Part shown: positions 9,748 through 20,600 of the stretch, one piece after another
Position numbering within the stretch: the stretch's first letter is position 1
How the letters are laid out: the number at the start of each line of letters is the position of its first letter
Origin: a virus
Reading direction: 5' to 3' (one strand)
IMG/VR virus record: IMGVR_UViG_3300020196_000021
Coordinates: 10,962-74,961 of that record
Length of the DNA stretch: 64,000 bases
The notes under the pieces: model-generated
What the model saw: only the letters and a program-made list of their open reading frames with translations
Database searches by the model: none
What the model was told of the DNA's origin: nothing
Translations under genes and position numbers: made by a program

Positions 9748-10548
9748 TTATGAGTAGTACGCAACCGTTTCATTAAACCCAAAATCATCATCTGCAGTTA
9801 ACAAGGAATCATCAATGGCATTGATTACCCCATCATTATTAATATCAGTAAGTGCTTTTGGAGTTACTTCATATTGACGATGCCTGCTTGGAATAGTGCG
9901 ATCAGTATTTGCATACTCTTTTACTATTGCTTTTTTGATTTCGCCAACATCAGTGCTAGGACCATAGATATAAGTTTTAATAGAGAATCTTAGTGTATAT
10001 GTAATAATTCTTCTATCTTCAAAATCTCCTTCATACTTATCACTAAAATCAATAGTTGTTAAAACAATTGGAACATCTTTTACAATTAATGCATCTTCAA
10101 CAAGTTTAATACTTATGTTGAATGATGGTTGAAAAAATGGTACAATTTGCTCTATGATTTGAAGAGCATCGTCTTGAGTCCTACTTAAGATGTTTAATTC
10201 AAATTCCAAATTATATGGAACTGGTACATAAGTTTTTTTTACACCTTCGTTATCTGCATTTGAAAGACAGTATTGAACAGGACTTTGCTTTCTAGAAGGA
10301 TCATAAGACATTCCCACCATTTCAAATGATAACCTTGGCAGGGTTATGGCATTTGATCTACCCAATTCTGGTTGTTCCGTCAAACGTGCAAGGAACTTCT
10401 CTCTAGGACCATATGCCAGAGGAACCTTCATTCTCTGATAAGTAGATCCATCTTCATTAACTTTTCTAATTTCTATATTATTAAAAAGTGTGCCGAAACC
10501 AACGACACACTTTCTTATAATTTGGTTATAACTGTAATTACCTAACAT
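9748..10548 (-). CDS. gp15: Tail sheath stabilizer / completion protein gp15
   Basis: Motifs FGTLFNNI, KVPLAYGPREKF, LPRLSFE, PVPYNLEFEL, QIIEQIVPFFQP. Confidence 0.95.
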   Translation of the reverse strand: MLGNYSYNQIIRKCVVGFGTLFNNIEIRKVNEDGSTYQRMKVPLAYGPREKFLARLTEQPELGRSNAITLPRLSFEMVGMSYDPSRKQSPVQYCLSNADNEGVKKTYVPVPYNLEFELNILSRTQDDALQIIEQIVPFFQPSFNISIKLVEDALIVKDVPIVLTTIDFSDKYEGDFEDRRIITYTLRFSIKTYIYGPSTDVGEIKKAIVKEYANTDRTIPSRHRQYEVTPKALTDINNDGVINAIDDSLLTADDDFGFNETVAYYS

Positions 10549-10550
10549 GA

Positions 10551-11423
10551 TTATACATTCCTATTTCCGTATTCTCCAAATGGATTTGTTTCAGTGAAAT
10601 CTAAAATATTATCACCTGTATTTTCAACTTTGATGTTGTCAGCGTAGGTATCCTTAATATCTAGTTCATCAAAACCAGTAATATTTATAGTAAATCCACT
10701 TTGTAATCCTGTAAGAGTTTCATTCTTAACAAATTCACCGTCAAAGGATCTTAATTCCACATAAGGTGGATTGTTATTAAAGTTGATTTTATTTATTCTT
10801 GCTTTAGATCCTGATGTAGATCCAACAACTTCTTCCCCAATTTCTGGGGAACCATTTAATTGATTATAGTAATACTTAATGATAAAACCTTCATCAACTT
10901 GAGTATCAAATATTCCTTCATTTGGAACTTCATCTCTATATTCATAAAGTTCACATTTTAATTTATACGTATATAATTTACCAAATTGGTAAAATGGATC
11001 TTCATGCTCAACAAATTTAATTTCAAAAAAATTATCTGTCAAAGGAAAATGAATAATATCTCCTTCTTGTGGTCTATCTCCAACAAGCACTCCTTCAATA
11101 TTTGCCATTGACATAGTAACAAAATCTTCAAATCTCTGTCTTGAAATTACCAGAGTAATTTCATCCGTTGATCTAATACCAAATTTTGTCAGAAGGTCAC
11201 CCTGTCCTTGAAATCCATCAAAATTTTCCATGTATGCTTCTATCAAATATGCATCTGAAAATTGAGATGCGATAACTTCATTTAAGATATCATCTTTGTT
11301 TATAATTTGTCTTGGAATATAATGTATATCTAAACCAAACATTTTAATGTATTCATCAACCAAAGATTGATTAAGAAACTGTTCGTTTCTAGTACCGTGA
11401 GTAAAGTAAGTAGATCTAGGCAT
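10551..11423 (-). CDS. gp14: Neck protein gp14
   Basis: Motifs YIPR, LLTKFG, RPQEGDII, FEIKFVEHEDPFYQFG, C-terminal DFTETNPFG. Confidence 0.93.
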   Translation of the reverse strand: MPRSTYFTHGTRNEQFLNQSLVDEYIKMFGLDIHYIPRQIINKDDILNEVIASQFSDAYLIEAYMENFDGFQGQGDLLTKFGIRSTDEITLVISRQRFEDFVTMSMANIEGVLVGDRPQEGDIIHFPLTDNFFEIKFVEHEDPFYQFGKLYTYKLKCELYEYRDEVPNEGIFDTQVDEGFIIKYYYNQLNGSPEIGEEVVGSTSGSKARINKINFNNNPPYVELRSFDGEFVKNETLTGLQSGFTINITGFDELDIKDTYADNIKVENTGDNILDFTETNPFGEYGNRNV

Positions 11424-11425
11424 AA

Positions 11426-12229
11426 TTACCCTATCATATCTAATGCTGGAAGTTCATAAGAAGAACGCATTTCAATTTCTATTTTTTCTACCTCAGCAAT
11501 AGCATCATCATATAATTGTCTTCCATTCATAGTAATGCCACCAGGAAGTTGTGCTCCTTGGAACTTAATTAAATTCTGACCCCATTGCCTTTTAATTAAT
11601 GATGTCAAATAACGCTTTAAAAATGGATCATTATAAATCTGAGAGTTTGTTGTTGGATCTAAAACTCTATAGCAATCTATAATTACATATTCTCCTTCAT
11701 CAATTTGCTTAGAATCTGTATCAATATAAAGGCGATCTCTTCTTCTATTATATCTGTAAGGAATAAAAGATCCATTATTTAAAACCATATCTAATGTTTC
11801 AAGATAAGATTTAGTCATATAATAACTTAGAATATCAACTGATCCAAATTGATATAAATCATTTAAAAATAGTTGATACTCAAGACCAAAAAGATTACTC
11901 CTAATGTTACTTCCTTTAACACCAAAAATATTATTAATGCCAATTACATGATCAGGAACAACAATATAATTATTTCTTTCTTCCCATGTAGTTGTTCCTA
12001 CCGTAGTTGTAGTGTTACTACTAGTAAATCTAGTTACATCAGCAGCAGTGAATTGATGCTTTAAAAACATTCTTTCAATGCCATCAAAATGGCGCTCATG
12101 AAAATATTGAATAGCATCATCAATCAGATCTTCAATCTGATCATCATCTACGTTAATTTCCAGAACTGGTTTACCTAACCTACGTAAACAATATTCTTTT
12201 AGTTGTGCTCTTGTTGATGGTTGCGCCAT
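11426..12229 (-). CDS. gp13: Neck protein gp13
   Basis: Motifs LKEYCLRRLGKPVLEINVDDDQ and KRQWGQNLIKF..QLPGGITMNG. Confidence 0.95.
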   Translation of the reverse strand: MAQPSTRAQLKEYCLRRLGKPVLEINVDDDQIEDLIDDAIQYFHERHFDGIERMFLKHQFTAADVTRFTSSNTTTTVGTTTWEERNNYIVVPDHVIGINNIFGVKGSNIRSNLFGLEYQLFLNDLYQFGSVDILSYYMTKSYLETLDMVLNNGSFIPYRYNRRRDRLYIDTDSKQIDEGEYVIIDCYRVLDPTTNSQIYNDPFLKRYLTSLIKRQWGQNLIKFQGAQLPGGITMNGRQLYDDAIAEVEKIEIEMRSSYELPALDMIG

Positions 12230-12239
12230 TTATACGCAT

Positions 12240-12272
12240 AAAAAAGTCCTCTGCTTTATTTAGCAGAGGACT
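12240..12272 (-). terminator. Intrinsic terminator with a late-promoter core (TAAATA) across its loop
   Basis: 11-bp perfect stem (12245-12255 / 12262-12272), followed by a U-tract on the minus strand. Confidence 0.8.
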
Positions 12273-12277
12273 CATTT

Positions 12278-12472
12278 TTATTCTGCAGTTGCTACGCCTT
12301 CTGTTTCTGGCGTTGCCTCTGTTGTTTGAGTCATATTGAGTGCTTCAACTGCTCCTTGCAATCTAAAATATTGCTCTTTTTTTGAATTAATTTGAGAATC
12401 AAGATCACGAATTTCTTCAACGATCTTCTTCAGTTGCTCTTGAAAATCAGCAATCATTTGTTCAGTAGTCAT
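12278..12472 (-). CDS. Small coiled-coil hypothetical protein
   Basis: 64 aa with heptad pattern and LQGAVEAL; CATAAATA at 12502-12509 upstream. Confidence 0.7.
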   Translation of the reverse strand: MTTEQMIADFQEQLKKIVEEIRDLDSQINSKKEQYFRLQGAVEALNMTQTTEATPETEGVATAE

Positions 12473-12504
12473 AGTAGATAATTAAAAAATTACGACGCTA
12501 CTAT

Positions 12505-12891
12505 TTATGGGATTATATTTGATACTTCTTCTCTAATTGGGTTCGGTTGATTTGACCATTCTCTTACTCTATCAATAAATTCATACATATCATTTATTTT
12601 ATCTTGATCACCAGAATTTAAAATATTATTTTGTTTCCATAATGGATAAAATTTTGTAATTTGATCAAATGCAAATTGATTTATTTCATCTTGAGTATAT
12701 TCATATGAAAAATTTTTTCTATAATTTTCCTCAGGTTCTTCTACATTTTCAATATTGCCTGATTGTATTGCTGCATGTTTGACAGAGAAAGAAGATACTA
12801 ATTCAAAAGTATCTTTACCTCCCATCATATCAAATTGAGATACTGTACCGTTAAATTCTACTACTTGGGTATCTAAATTAATTACTTTCAT
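12505..12891 (-). CDS. Hypothetical protein, possibly a tail-fibre assembly chaperone
   Basis: 128 aa acidic with YPLWKQNN motif; follows fibre genes. Confidence 0.6.
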   Translation of the reverse strand: MKVINLDTQVVEFNGTVSQFDMMGGKDTFELVSSFSVKHAAIQSGNIENVEEPEENYRKNFSYEYTQDEINQFAFDQITKFYPLWKQNNILNSGDQDKINDMYEFIDRVREWSNQPNPIREEVSNIIP

Positions 12892-12900
12892 TTCATTACC

Positions 12901-13596
12901 TCAAACTCTTCTATCTACGACACCATGATGATAAATTGCTAATTCATTTACATGAATTCTAACTGGTCCTAAATTTATAATTCTAATATATGCTACACCA
13001 ATTCCCATACCAAAATCTGCACCTTTTGATAATTCTAGATAATCATCATAGTTTGTGATTCCCCATGATTGACCCCTTATAGCATAATTTTGAAATCTTT
13101 GCTCATTATTCCAAACCCTAGGTTCAGAATAGTTTGGAGTTGGTGAACCAGTAGTTTGAAACTGGTGATAGGCACCAAAATAATTTTGCAAGATTGCAAT
13201 TCTTGTTGTCGGTGGGTTTGAATATGGGTGCGGGGCATCGCCAACATGAATATTTGCGTAAAACGAAATCATATTTGCATTATTTTGAAAACTAGTTTCA
13301 TATAGATCACCTTGATTTCCATTAGGCATATTGTCAGTTTCTCCAGAAGCTACTCTTGAGAACCAAGCTTGCTGTCCAGCACGAGTTAATGTAAAATCTG
13401 CATAAGAAGTTCCACTACCACCTGCAGTTCCTGGACTATAATCACCAGAAGTGGTAAATCTCCAAGATCTACCTGGATCAGTAGAAAATCTTGGTTCTAA
13501 AGTAGTATATCCAGATGCTGGAGCAGATAATTGTAAAAAACAATCTTCGACAGCAAATCCAAGTTGTTGTTTTCCTGTATAAGATCTAAGAGCCAT
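12901..13596 (-). CDS. Hypothetical beta-rich protein (fibre-associated)
   Basis: 231-aa ORF coupled to the upstream fibre gene. Confidence 0.65.
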   Translation of the reverse strand: MALRSYTGKQQLGFAVEDCFLQLSAPASGYTTLEPRFSTDPGRSWRFTTSGDYSPGTAGGSGTSYADFTLTRAGQQAWFSRVASGETDNMPNGNQGDLYETSFQNNANMISFYANIHVGDAPHPYSNPPTTRIAILQNYFGAYHQFQTTGSPTPNYSEPRVWNNEQRFQNYAIRGQSWGITNYDDYLELSKGADFGMGIGVAYIRIINLGPVRIHVNELAIYHHGVVDRRV

Positions 13597-13598
13597 GT

Positions 13599-14750
13599 TT
13601 ATTTAACTTCCTGTAATAACATTTTGTATTTTTTTCCATTCCTATTATTTATCATGTAGATAGTATCTTCTCCTTCTTGAAGTGTCCAATCACCCCAAGT
13701 ACCATCTACATTATTTTTTGATCCCTCATTTGACATGTGAAGGTCTGCAGTAAATATATTTCTCACCCTAAATGATGCAGATCCAATATCATATGCAGCA
13801 TTTGCTTGAGGAATCATATGTCCTGAAGAATCCATTACCCATCTTTCTGTTGCTCTAGAGTTATTTGAATTGCCAGTTGCTCCAGTGTAAAATCTAATTA
13901 CAGTGCCTTCAGTTAAATTCCATCCACCACCACCAATATAAACATTATTTACTCCACCAGATCCCCATAATCCAAAACCAACCCAAGGAAGTGTAGATGG
14001 ATTCTCTGCCATTGCTGTAATTGCTGCACCTCTAGAAGCAGTACTAGCAGAAGTTGTGTTAGTAATCATGAGAGCATTATAACTTCCTTGTGAAATAGAA
14101 CTATTTAAATTTAAAGTTGCGGCGCATTGGTAGTAATTAACTCCAGGATCTACGCCAATACCCACAGTACCATCACGACCACCACTTCCATTACCCCCAC
14201 ATATTACCATTTTACGAGATTCTGCATTTCCACTTCTGGTGTAAAATCCAAAATGAGGAGATCCAGAATTAGTATATTCTAATCTTATTGAACCAAGAGA
14301 AACTAATCCATCTGCTTGCTGCTTAAAAGTTATACCTCCATAATTTCCATCACTGATTCCATGATTTGATCTAACCTCAATATCGTATCTGGTTATATTT
14401 TGAGTTCTTCCAATAATAACTGGTGCATCAGCAGAATCAATATTTGTTAAAGTTTTTGATCCAGGACCTAAAACCGTTGTTCCAAAATAGGGATTTAGAT
14501 ATGTTAATCCTTGAGCAGTAAAATCTATTCCAGGAACACCAGAAATATCATTAACTGAAAAAATAGATCCAGATGATAAATTATTATTAATTGAAAATAA
14601 TTGTCCAGCAGATCCTTCAAAAGATAAGGTATTATCATCAAGAACTCTTAATCTTATTGGATTATTATTAAATCCTTTAAAATTAATTTCTGGTAAATTT
14701 GCCGTATCTTTGGCTGGTGTTATAAGAATGTCCTTATCGGAATTCGCCAT
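13599..14750 (-). CDS. Short tail-fibre-like protein
   Basis: N-terminal LSFEGSAGQLFSINNNL; C-terminal YDIGSASFRVRNIFTADLHMSNEG..DGTWGDWTLQEG..NNRNGKKYK, a tail typical of cyanophage fibres. Confidence 0.75.
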   Translation of the reverse strand: MANSDKDILITPAKDTANLPEINFKGFNNNPIRLRVLDDNTLSFEGSAGQLFSINNNLSSGSIFSVNDISGVPGIDFTAQGLTYLNPYFGTTVLGPGSKTLTNIDSADAPVIIGRTQNITRYDIEVRSNHGISDGNYGGITFKQQADGLVSLGSIRLEYTNSGSPHFGFYTRSGNAESRKMVICGGNGSGGRDGTVGIGVDPGVNYYQCAATLNLNSSISQGSYNALMITNTTSASTASRGAAITAMAENPSTLPWVGFGLWGSGGVNNVYIGGGGWNLTEGTVIRFYTGATGNSNNSRATERWVMDSSGHMIPQANAAYDIGSASFRVRNIFTADLHMSNEGSKNNVDGTWGDWTLQEGEDTIYMINNRNGKKYKMLLQEVK

Positions 14751-14773
14751 TTTACTATATGCCCTTTACTGAA

Positions 14774-14781
14774 TATTTATG
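14774..14781 (-). promoter_or_regulatory. Late promoter variant CATAAATA
   Basis: TAAATA core in an intergenic gap. Confidence 0.6.
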
Positions 14782-14791
14782 TTTTAAAATG

Positions 14792-15640
14792 CTATTTACC
14801 AAACCTTACTTTTAAATTATTATAATTTTGATTAATTTCACCAGCAGATAATTGTTTATGATAAGCCATAATTACTGCTATCGATCCATTATAAACACTG
14901 CCACCCGATCCGTTAGTTCCTGCACCATATCCAGATGAATTGCAAGGACCCCATCTTGATCCTAAACTATATAACGGACCATTGACATCACCAACTAAAG
15001 TCACATTTTTATCTAGCACGTTATCAATATAAATTTTCATATTAGTTCCAGATTTTGCCCACACAATATTATGCCATTGATTATCATTTATAGATCCGTT
15101 ACTATCTAAGATTTGCCATGGGGCAGTATAGTACCAATATCTTGCTTTTCCTGCTCCAATACCATATGATAAATTAACTGGACCTCCATTACAATGAGAC
15201 CAAACACCTAAATCTCCACCACTTTGTGTTTTAATCCAAATTGATACTGTTATATTTGATCCAGGATAAAATGGATCATAATTAGATGGATATTGATATG
15301 CACCTGTTGTTACGTGTGGTGCAGTTGCAGCAATTCCATGCAAAATTCCAAAATCATTAGAACCATCAAATACAAAAGAACCTCCAGAATCTTCAGAAAA
15401 AGTTGGTGCTGCTGAAGCTACTTCTCCATAAGATCCAAAACCATTTGCTTTCAATGAGAATTTTTTATTTTCAGAACTTCCACTTAAATCATTCCAAAAT
15501 ACTTCATTGTTAGTAGAATTATACGAGATAGATCTTCCAGTATCAAAATATAACTTTAATTGATCTATAACTAATCCACTAATGTTTATAACATTTAATT
15601 TATATTGTGTTTTATTATCTGGTCCTGCTGAACATCCCAT
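14792..15640 (-). CDS. LamG / concanavalin A-like lectin domain protein
   Basis: Motifs LYFDTG, WNDLSG, FVFDGSND, TVSIWIK, WHNIV, IYIDN, LSAGEINQNY. Confidence 0.8.
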   Translation of the reverse strand: MGCSAGPDNKTQYKLNVINISGLVIDQLKLYFDTGRSISYNSTNNEVFWNDLSGSSENKKFSLKANGFGSYGEVASAAPTFSEDSGGSFVFDGSNDFGILHGIAATAPHVTTGAYQYPSNYDPFYPGSNITVSIWIKTQSGGDLGVWSHCNGGPVNLSYGIGAGKARYWYYTAPWQILDSNGSINDNQWHNIVWAKSGTNMKIYIDNVLDKNVTLVGDVNGPLYSLGSRWGPCNSSGYGAGTNGSGGSVYNGSIAVIMAYHKQLSAGEINQNYNNLKVRFGK

Positions 15641-16341
15641 TAGTATCCAAACCTTCCTTTGAGTGCTGTAAAGTTATTTGATATTTCTGTTTCAGTAAGA
15701 GCTCTTGAATGTGCGGTAAAAATAGCGAGTTTTCCAGTATATATTCCACAACAAGGACTTCTTACTATTCCTGGTGTAGCATTTGAAAATGTTGTTTGTG
15801 ATGCTGGAATAGAAGCAGAATTTTGAAAAACTCCATTTAGATAAAGTAAAACTGAAGCAGTTGATCTTCTATAAACAGCAACAACGTTATACCATAAACT
15901 AGAAGAAAGAGGAGACAAAAAGGGTATTCCTCCTTCTGTATAAGTTGGACCAATCAAAAAATATATTCCATTCAATCCGACGCCAAATCTATATCCATCA
16001 GCACTCCCAGCATTTGAAAATAATCCAACTTGACCGCTAGCACTATTTGGATTTTTTATCCAACAAGATAAAGTAAAGTTGCCAGTTTGTGGGATCATAT
16101 TTGAAGCAAATGTAAATCCTAATGTAGATCCCCACGATGCAGGACCAGTTGCTGAGGCAAAATTAAAACATTGTGCAACATCGGTAACAAATGGAACTGC
16201 TCCAAACATAGTTGCATTATATCTCAATCCACTTAAATCATTCCACGTAGTTCCAGTTCCTGGATAACTGTTATAATTTCCAGCATCTAAATATAAAACT
16301 AAATTTTGAGTTAATACAGATGGTGAATGGAATAAACCCAT
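15640..16341 (-). CDS. LamG / concanavalin A-like lectin domain protein (paralog)
   Basis: Motifs LVLYLDAGN..SYPGTGTTWNDLSG, FTLSCWIK, WYNVV, LYLNG, RALTETEI. Confidence 0.82.
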   Translation of the reverse strand: MGLFHSPSVLTQNLVLYLDAGNYNSYPGTGTTWNDLSGLRYNATMFGAVPFVTDVAQCFNFASATGPASWGSTLGFTFASNMIPQTGNFTLSCWIKNPNSASGQVGLFSNAGSADGYRFGVGLNGIYFLIGPTYTEGGIPFLSPLSSSLWYNVVAVYRRSTASVLLYLNGVFQNSASIPASQTTFSNATPGIVRSPCCGIYTGKLAIFTAHSRALTETEISNNFTALKGRFGY

Positions 16342-16352
16342 AATACTTTACT

Positions 16353-17318
16353 TTAAAAAATATAATCTTTTGTTATTGGATTTTCCAAAAAAATCATTCT
16401 ATCAAATAATGCTTCAGGATATGGATATGTTCCTCCATCATTTGGTAAAGCATAATTATACAAAATCATTGCTCTAATATACTTAGTTCCGTATCTAAAT
16501 GGAGTACTACTATTTCTATTTTCCCCAGTAAATGTTGTGCTTAAAGTTGTCCATGGAGAAGTTGGATACGAATTATATCCAAAAGCATAACTGTAAGTTC
16601 CTCCAGCAACTCCCCTTGCTACAGGAGTTCCAACTGGAAAAGAGTATCCATAATTAGGAAAGGTAGTAGCGTCTTCTTGATATTGTCTATTTCCCCCCAC
16701 ATAAACACTATAATTTGGTCTCGCTAATTTCAATCTCCATTCACTTCCACTTATTTGAGTAATTTCACTAAAAATTAATTCTCCATTTCCACCTTCATCA
16801 TAAAATCCTATTCTTGTATATTTCCATGGAGCACTATATTTTGGATGACTTGGTGGATATAATATTACGTTTTTAAAATATGTTGCTTGTTCCGCACTAC
16901 CCCATCCACTATTAGAAGCAATATACACATATTGATCTCCCACATTTAATTGCCTAGTTAATGTAGTATTTCCAACATCTCCACAATTTCTTAAGTCAAT
17001 AAAATTTAAATTTTCATCCCATGTTGTAAAACCAATATATGATTGCATCAATCTTCCAACAGAACTTGGATTTAAAGTTCTTGTTCTATATGAAAGAGTA
17101 TATCTTTTTGTAGTATCTACTGGTATCCATTCATTATTCCAACCAGCAGATTGCCAAGTAGAATAGCATCTTAATGAATATTTACTACCAACAATATCAT
17201 CATTAGAATCTAAAGAATAAATATCACTTGCTCCTTCAGACCATCCAGATTTACTTCCCAATTCAAAATTATAATTAGAAAAGGATCCAATATTAGTTTT
17301 TCCGTAAGCAGTAGACAT
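16353..17318 (-). CDS. Putative carbohydrate-binding (jelly-roll-like) virion protein
   Basis: Motifs NYNFELG..GW, IPVDTTKRYTLS, YIGF..DEN; aromatic-rich. Confidence 0.6.
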   Translation of the reverse strand: MSTAYGKTNIGSFSNYNFELGSKSGWSEGASDIYSLDSNDDIVGSKYSLRCYSTWQSAGWNNEWIPVDTTKRYTLSYRTRTLNPSSVGRLMQSYIGFTTWDENLNFIDLRNCGDVGNTTLTRQLNVGDQYVYIASNSGWGSAEQATYFKNVILYPPSHPKYSAPWKYTRIGFYDEGGNGELIFSEITQISGSEWRLKLARPNYSVYVGGNRQYQEDATTFPNYGYSFPVGTPVARGVAGGTYSYAFGYNSYPTSPWTTLSTTFTGENRNSSTPFRYGTKYIRAMILYNYALPNDGGTYPYPEALFDRMIFLENPITKDYIF

Positions 17319-17611
17319 TACAGTACCTTATTATAAAATTCTATGTGGTCGTAAAATTCTTTAATGTTATTTTCTAATAATTGATCATATATTGACCAAT
17401 TTGGAGATGAAAGAAATCCAACTAGTTCTTCTTTTTCATACTCTTTACTTTTATTTTCTAGATTGTTAATACATTCTGGCATATCACCTTCGTAAGATAC
17501 TACATATCTAATATTTAAAAAATCATGTATACACTCTTGTTTTGAATTTTGATCCAAATTTGTAAAATTTAATTCTACAGTTGGATCATTGATGATTACA
17601 TATTTTTTCAT
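17318..17611 (-). CDS. Conserved cyanophage hypothetical protein
   Basis: 97 aa with VSYEGDMP...Y...E...L...W pattern; translationally coupled to neighbours. Confidence 0.65.
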   Translation of the reverse strand: MKKYVIINDPTVELNFTNLDQNSKQECIHDFLNIRYVVSYEGDMPECINNLENKSKEYEKEELVGFLSSPNWSIYDQLLENNIKEFYDHIEFYNKVL

Positions 17612-17612
17612 G

Positions 17613-20600
17613 TTACTGTTCCTCAGATACTAATTCAACTTCAACTTCTAACTTTTCAATATCCTTACGTGTGGCTTGTACGAAATAGAACGCTTGCCCA
17701 CCACCTATGTATATCTTATTATTTTCAATTTTTTCAACCCATGAATTGTGATTACCAATAGAAGTAAGTTGAACAGTAATTGTATCTTCATCTACAAGAG
17801 CAATCCAGTAATCTGGAAGTTCAATTACATCAGTTGCTTTGCCACGAACATAAACTCCATGCTCTGGTCCTTCTAACGAACCATAAACAAGATCATAGTT
17901 TTCTTTAGTTGGGTGTGGAATGCGGAATGACTTAGAAGTAGCAGCAAATGAACCATTAACTTGTAACTTATAAGTGGTATTAGTATTAGTTCCAATACCT
18001 ATTTGTAAGTTATTATTGATATATAATGCTTGAGTTGCAGCAGTAAAGGAATTTGAACTACCTCTTCCAATTGTAAAGTAATCACTAAAGGAACTCCAAA
18101 TTGTATACCAAGATGAATATGATGTATTTCCTTGAACTAATCCAGTATGACTTGCACCAGTTGAGTTTAAGTTGCTTCCCTGCCACATGGTAGCAGCACC
18201 ATTTGCTCCATGATATGTCATACCAATTTCATTAATTGTGGTAGTATTACCAGCATAAATCATTTGGATTCTAGATCCATCATGACCTCTATTAATTGTT
18301 AATGGAGCACCATTTGGTTGAGTAGTCGTTACAAATAATCCACCACCAATTGAATTATTTCTAAAATAACCTTGAGTTGCTGAACTATCCGTATTGAAAT
18401 ATATTGGACTATTATCATTCTGAGCAAATACAGCACCACCTGGACTAGAAGTAATATTTAATCTATTACCTATTCCAGTAGATTCGCTAATTCCAAGATC
18501 TGATTTGATACGTAAAGGACCCGTTAAAGTACCACCAGACAGTGCAAGGTTACCACTTGCAGTACCAGTTAAGTTTGCAGTAATATTATTTGCAGCAAAA
18601 TTACCAGAAGAATCACGTTGAACTGCTTTGCTATTCGCATTAGTATCATAAATTGCACCAGTAAATCCAGAACTGAATGTAATGTTTCCAGCGTGCCATA
18701 CGTTGTTGCCATTGACTTGAAGTGCAGTGGCAGTACAATTTAATGTACCAGTTCCAAGTGTAGATGAACCACCAGAAGCAATTAATCTTACGTCAAAATC
18801 GACATTATTGCCAGAGGTATTAAAATCAATATATGCAGATGTACTTTCAACAATATTACCAAGTTCTAAGAATGCATTTCCACCTCCATCAGATCCAAGA
18901 CGTGCCTTACGTCTTGCATAAGTTTCTACTGATGTAATTCCAAAATCAGTAACTGGATAGTATTCTGCTGGGGCAGTTGCAGTACCAATCTTTTTAATTG
19001 TTGTATTTAAGTTACCAGAAATTAATTCAACGGTAAGAATTGTCCATGGATTTTCAACCTTTCTTTCATATTCAAATATTGCAGTTCCACCAGTTGCAGT
19101 TACTTGACCTGAAATATGAGTTGGGGGTACTGTACCTCCAGTATAACTACCAGTATTTGCATTAGCAACTCTGTAAATATTATGACCATAAAGAATTCTA
19201 TCATTTCTATTCAAGTTAGTTAAACCAGAAACCCACTCAGTATTTTTTTCAACATACTGTTCGCCAGTTAAGTAATTTGCAGGATCTAAATTAATTTTCC
19301 TTGCGAGTACTCTAACTGTACCTTCGTTGACATTATTTGCGGTATACAGATTTAACTGTATACCTGCTGTTCCTGCTTGAGTATCTAATGAATTTATTAA
19401 TTCTTGAGTTAAGTTATAACCTTCAATGTACACATCATAATGACCACCATTATTTGTTTGGAACGCTGGACTTGGAACTACAATTCTAAGTTCCTTATTG
19501 ATTGAATGTTCGTCTAATTGTAATGGGAGTTTAGTATTAGATATTGTATTTTCATTGATGTTCAGCGCATTTAAATACCAACGCTTATTCTTGTATTGCA
19601 GAAGATCTGCATCTAATCCAGAACCAATACCATCATTTCCATCATGCCATAATTTTCTCCAAGATGACCAAGTGTTACCTGGAGCAGATCCACTTCCCAA
19701 GAATGCAAGAGTTGCAGTTATAACTGCAGGCGTAGTTATTTGCCTTGTATTTTGAGTACCAAACTGTTCAAATGGTAAGAAAGCTTGGAAAGTTCCAGTA
19801 GCAGTTCCAGTTCTATTGTATCCCCATCCACCATCTTTGAGGGTTACTGTTGTAATAGTACCACCAGAAACTATAATGTCTGCGGTTAATCCAGAACCTT
19901 CTCCACCACCAAGAAGAACGTTTGTATACGTGCCATTTTTATAACCAGCACCACCAGAAGTAATAGTAAGAGATGATACGTGGTTTGGTCCATTACTTCT
20001 AACCCAAATATTTGTATTATCAGTTTGACCTATTTGAGCAAGTGCTCCACTAGAAAAATCAGTAGAAGAACCTGATCTTCTGAAAGTCATAACACCATGA
20101 TATAAACCACCATCTGCTAAGAATTGATTTGTATCATAACCTTGAGTATTGCTCTTCCAATTAAAGATTACACCTTCTCCAAAGTTTGAAGGTGCAAAGA
20201 TAGAAGTCCTAGTATCTACAGATTTTAATATTGTTGATGTTGCAGCATTTTGCTCAATTGAAATATTGTATGTACCAGATAATCTATCTTTTGGCAATAC
20301 GCCAGAAGATATATTTGCAGCGTTTGTAAAGAAGGAAGAATCCCTTGTATCAAGAGTATCTGCATCTAATCCAGAACCTTGACCAGTTTTTAAAGTTGCT
20401 CCTCCATTTGCACTGAAATCAAATTGACTCTTAAGAAATCTAACTACACCAAGATTACCAAATGGTTCTGCTGCAACAGTTATGCCATCAACTCTATTAA
20501 TATCAATAACACCATCATTAAATATTTTTGGTGTTGTTGCAAGAATTGCTCTTAATGATGCCGCAGAAGAACCATTTGGAGTGCCAATAATAGATGGAAT

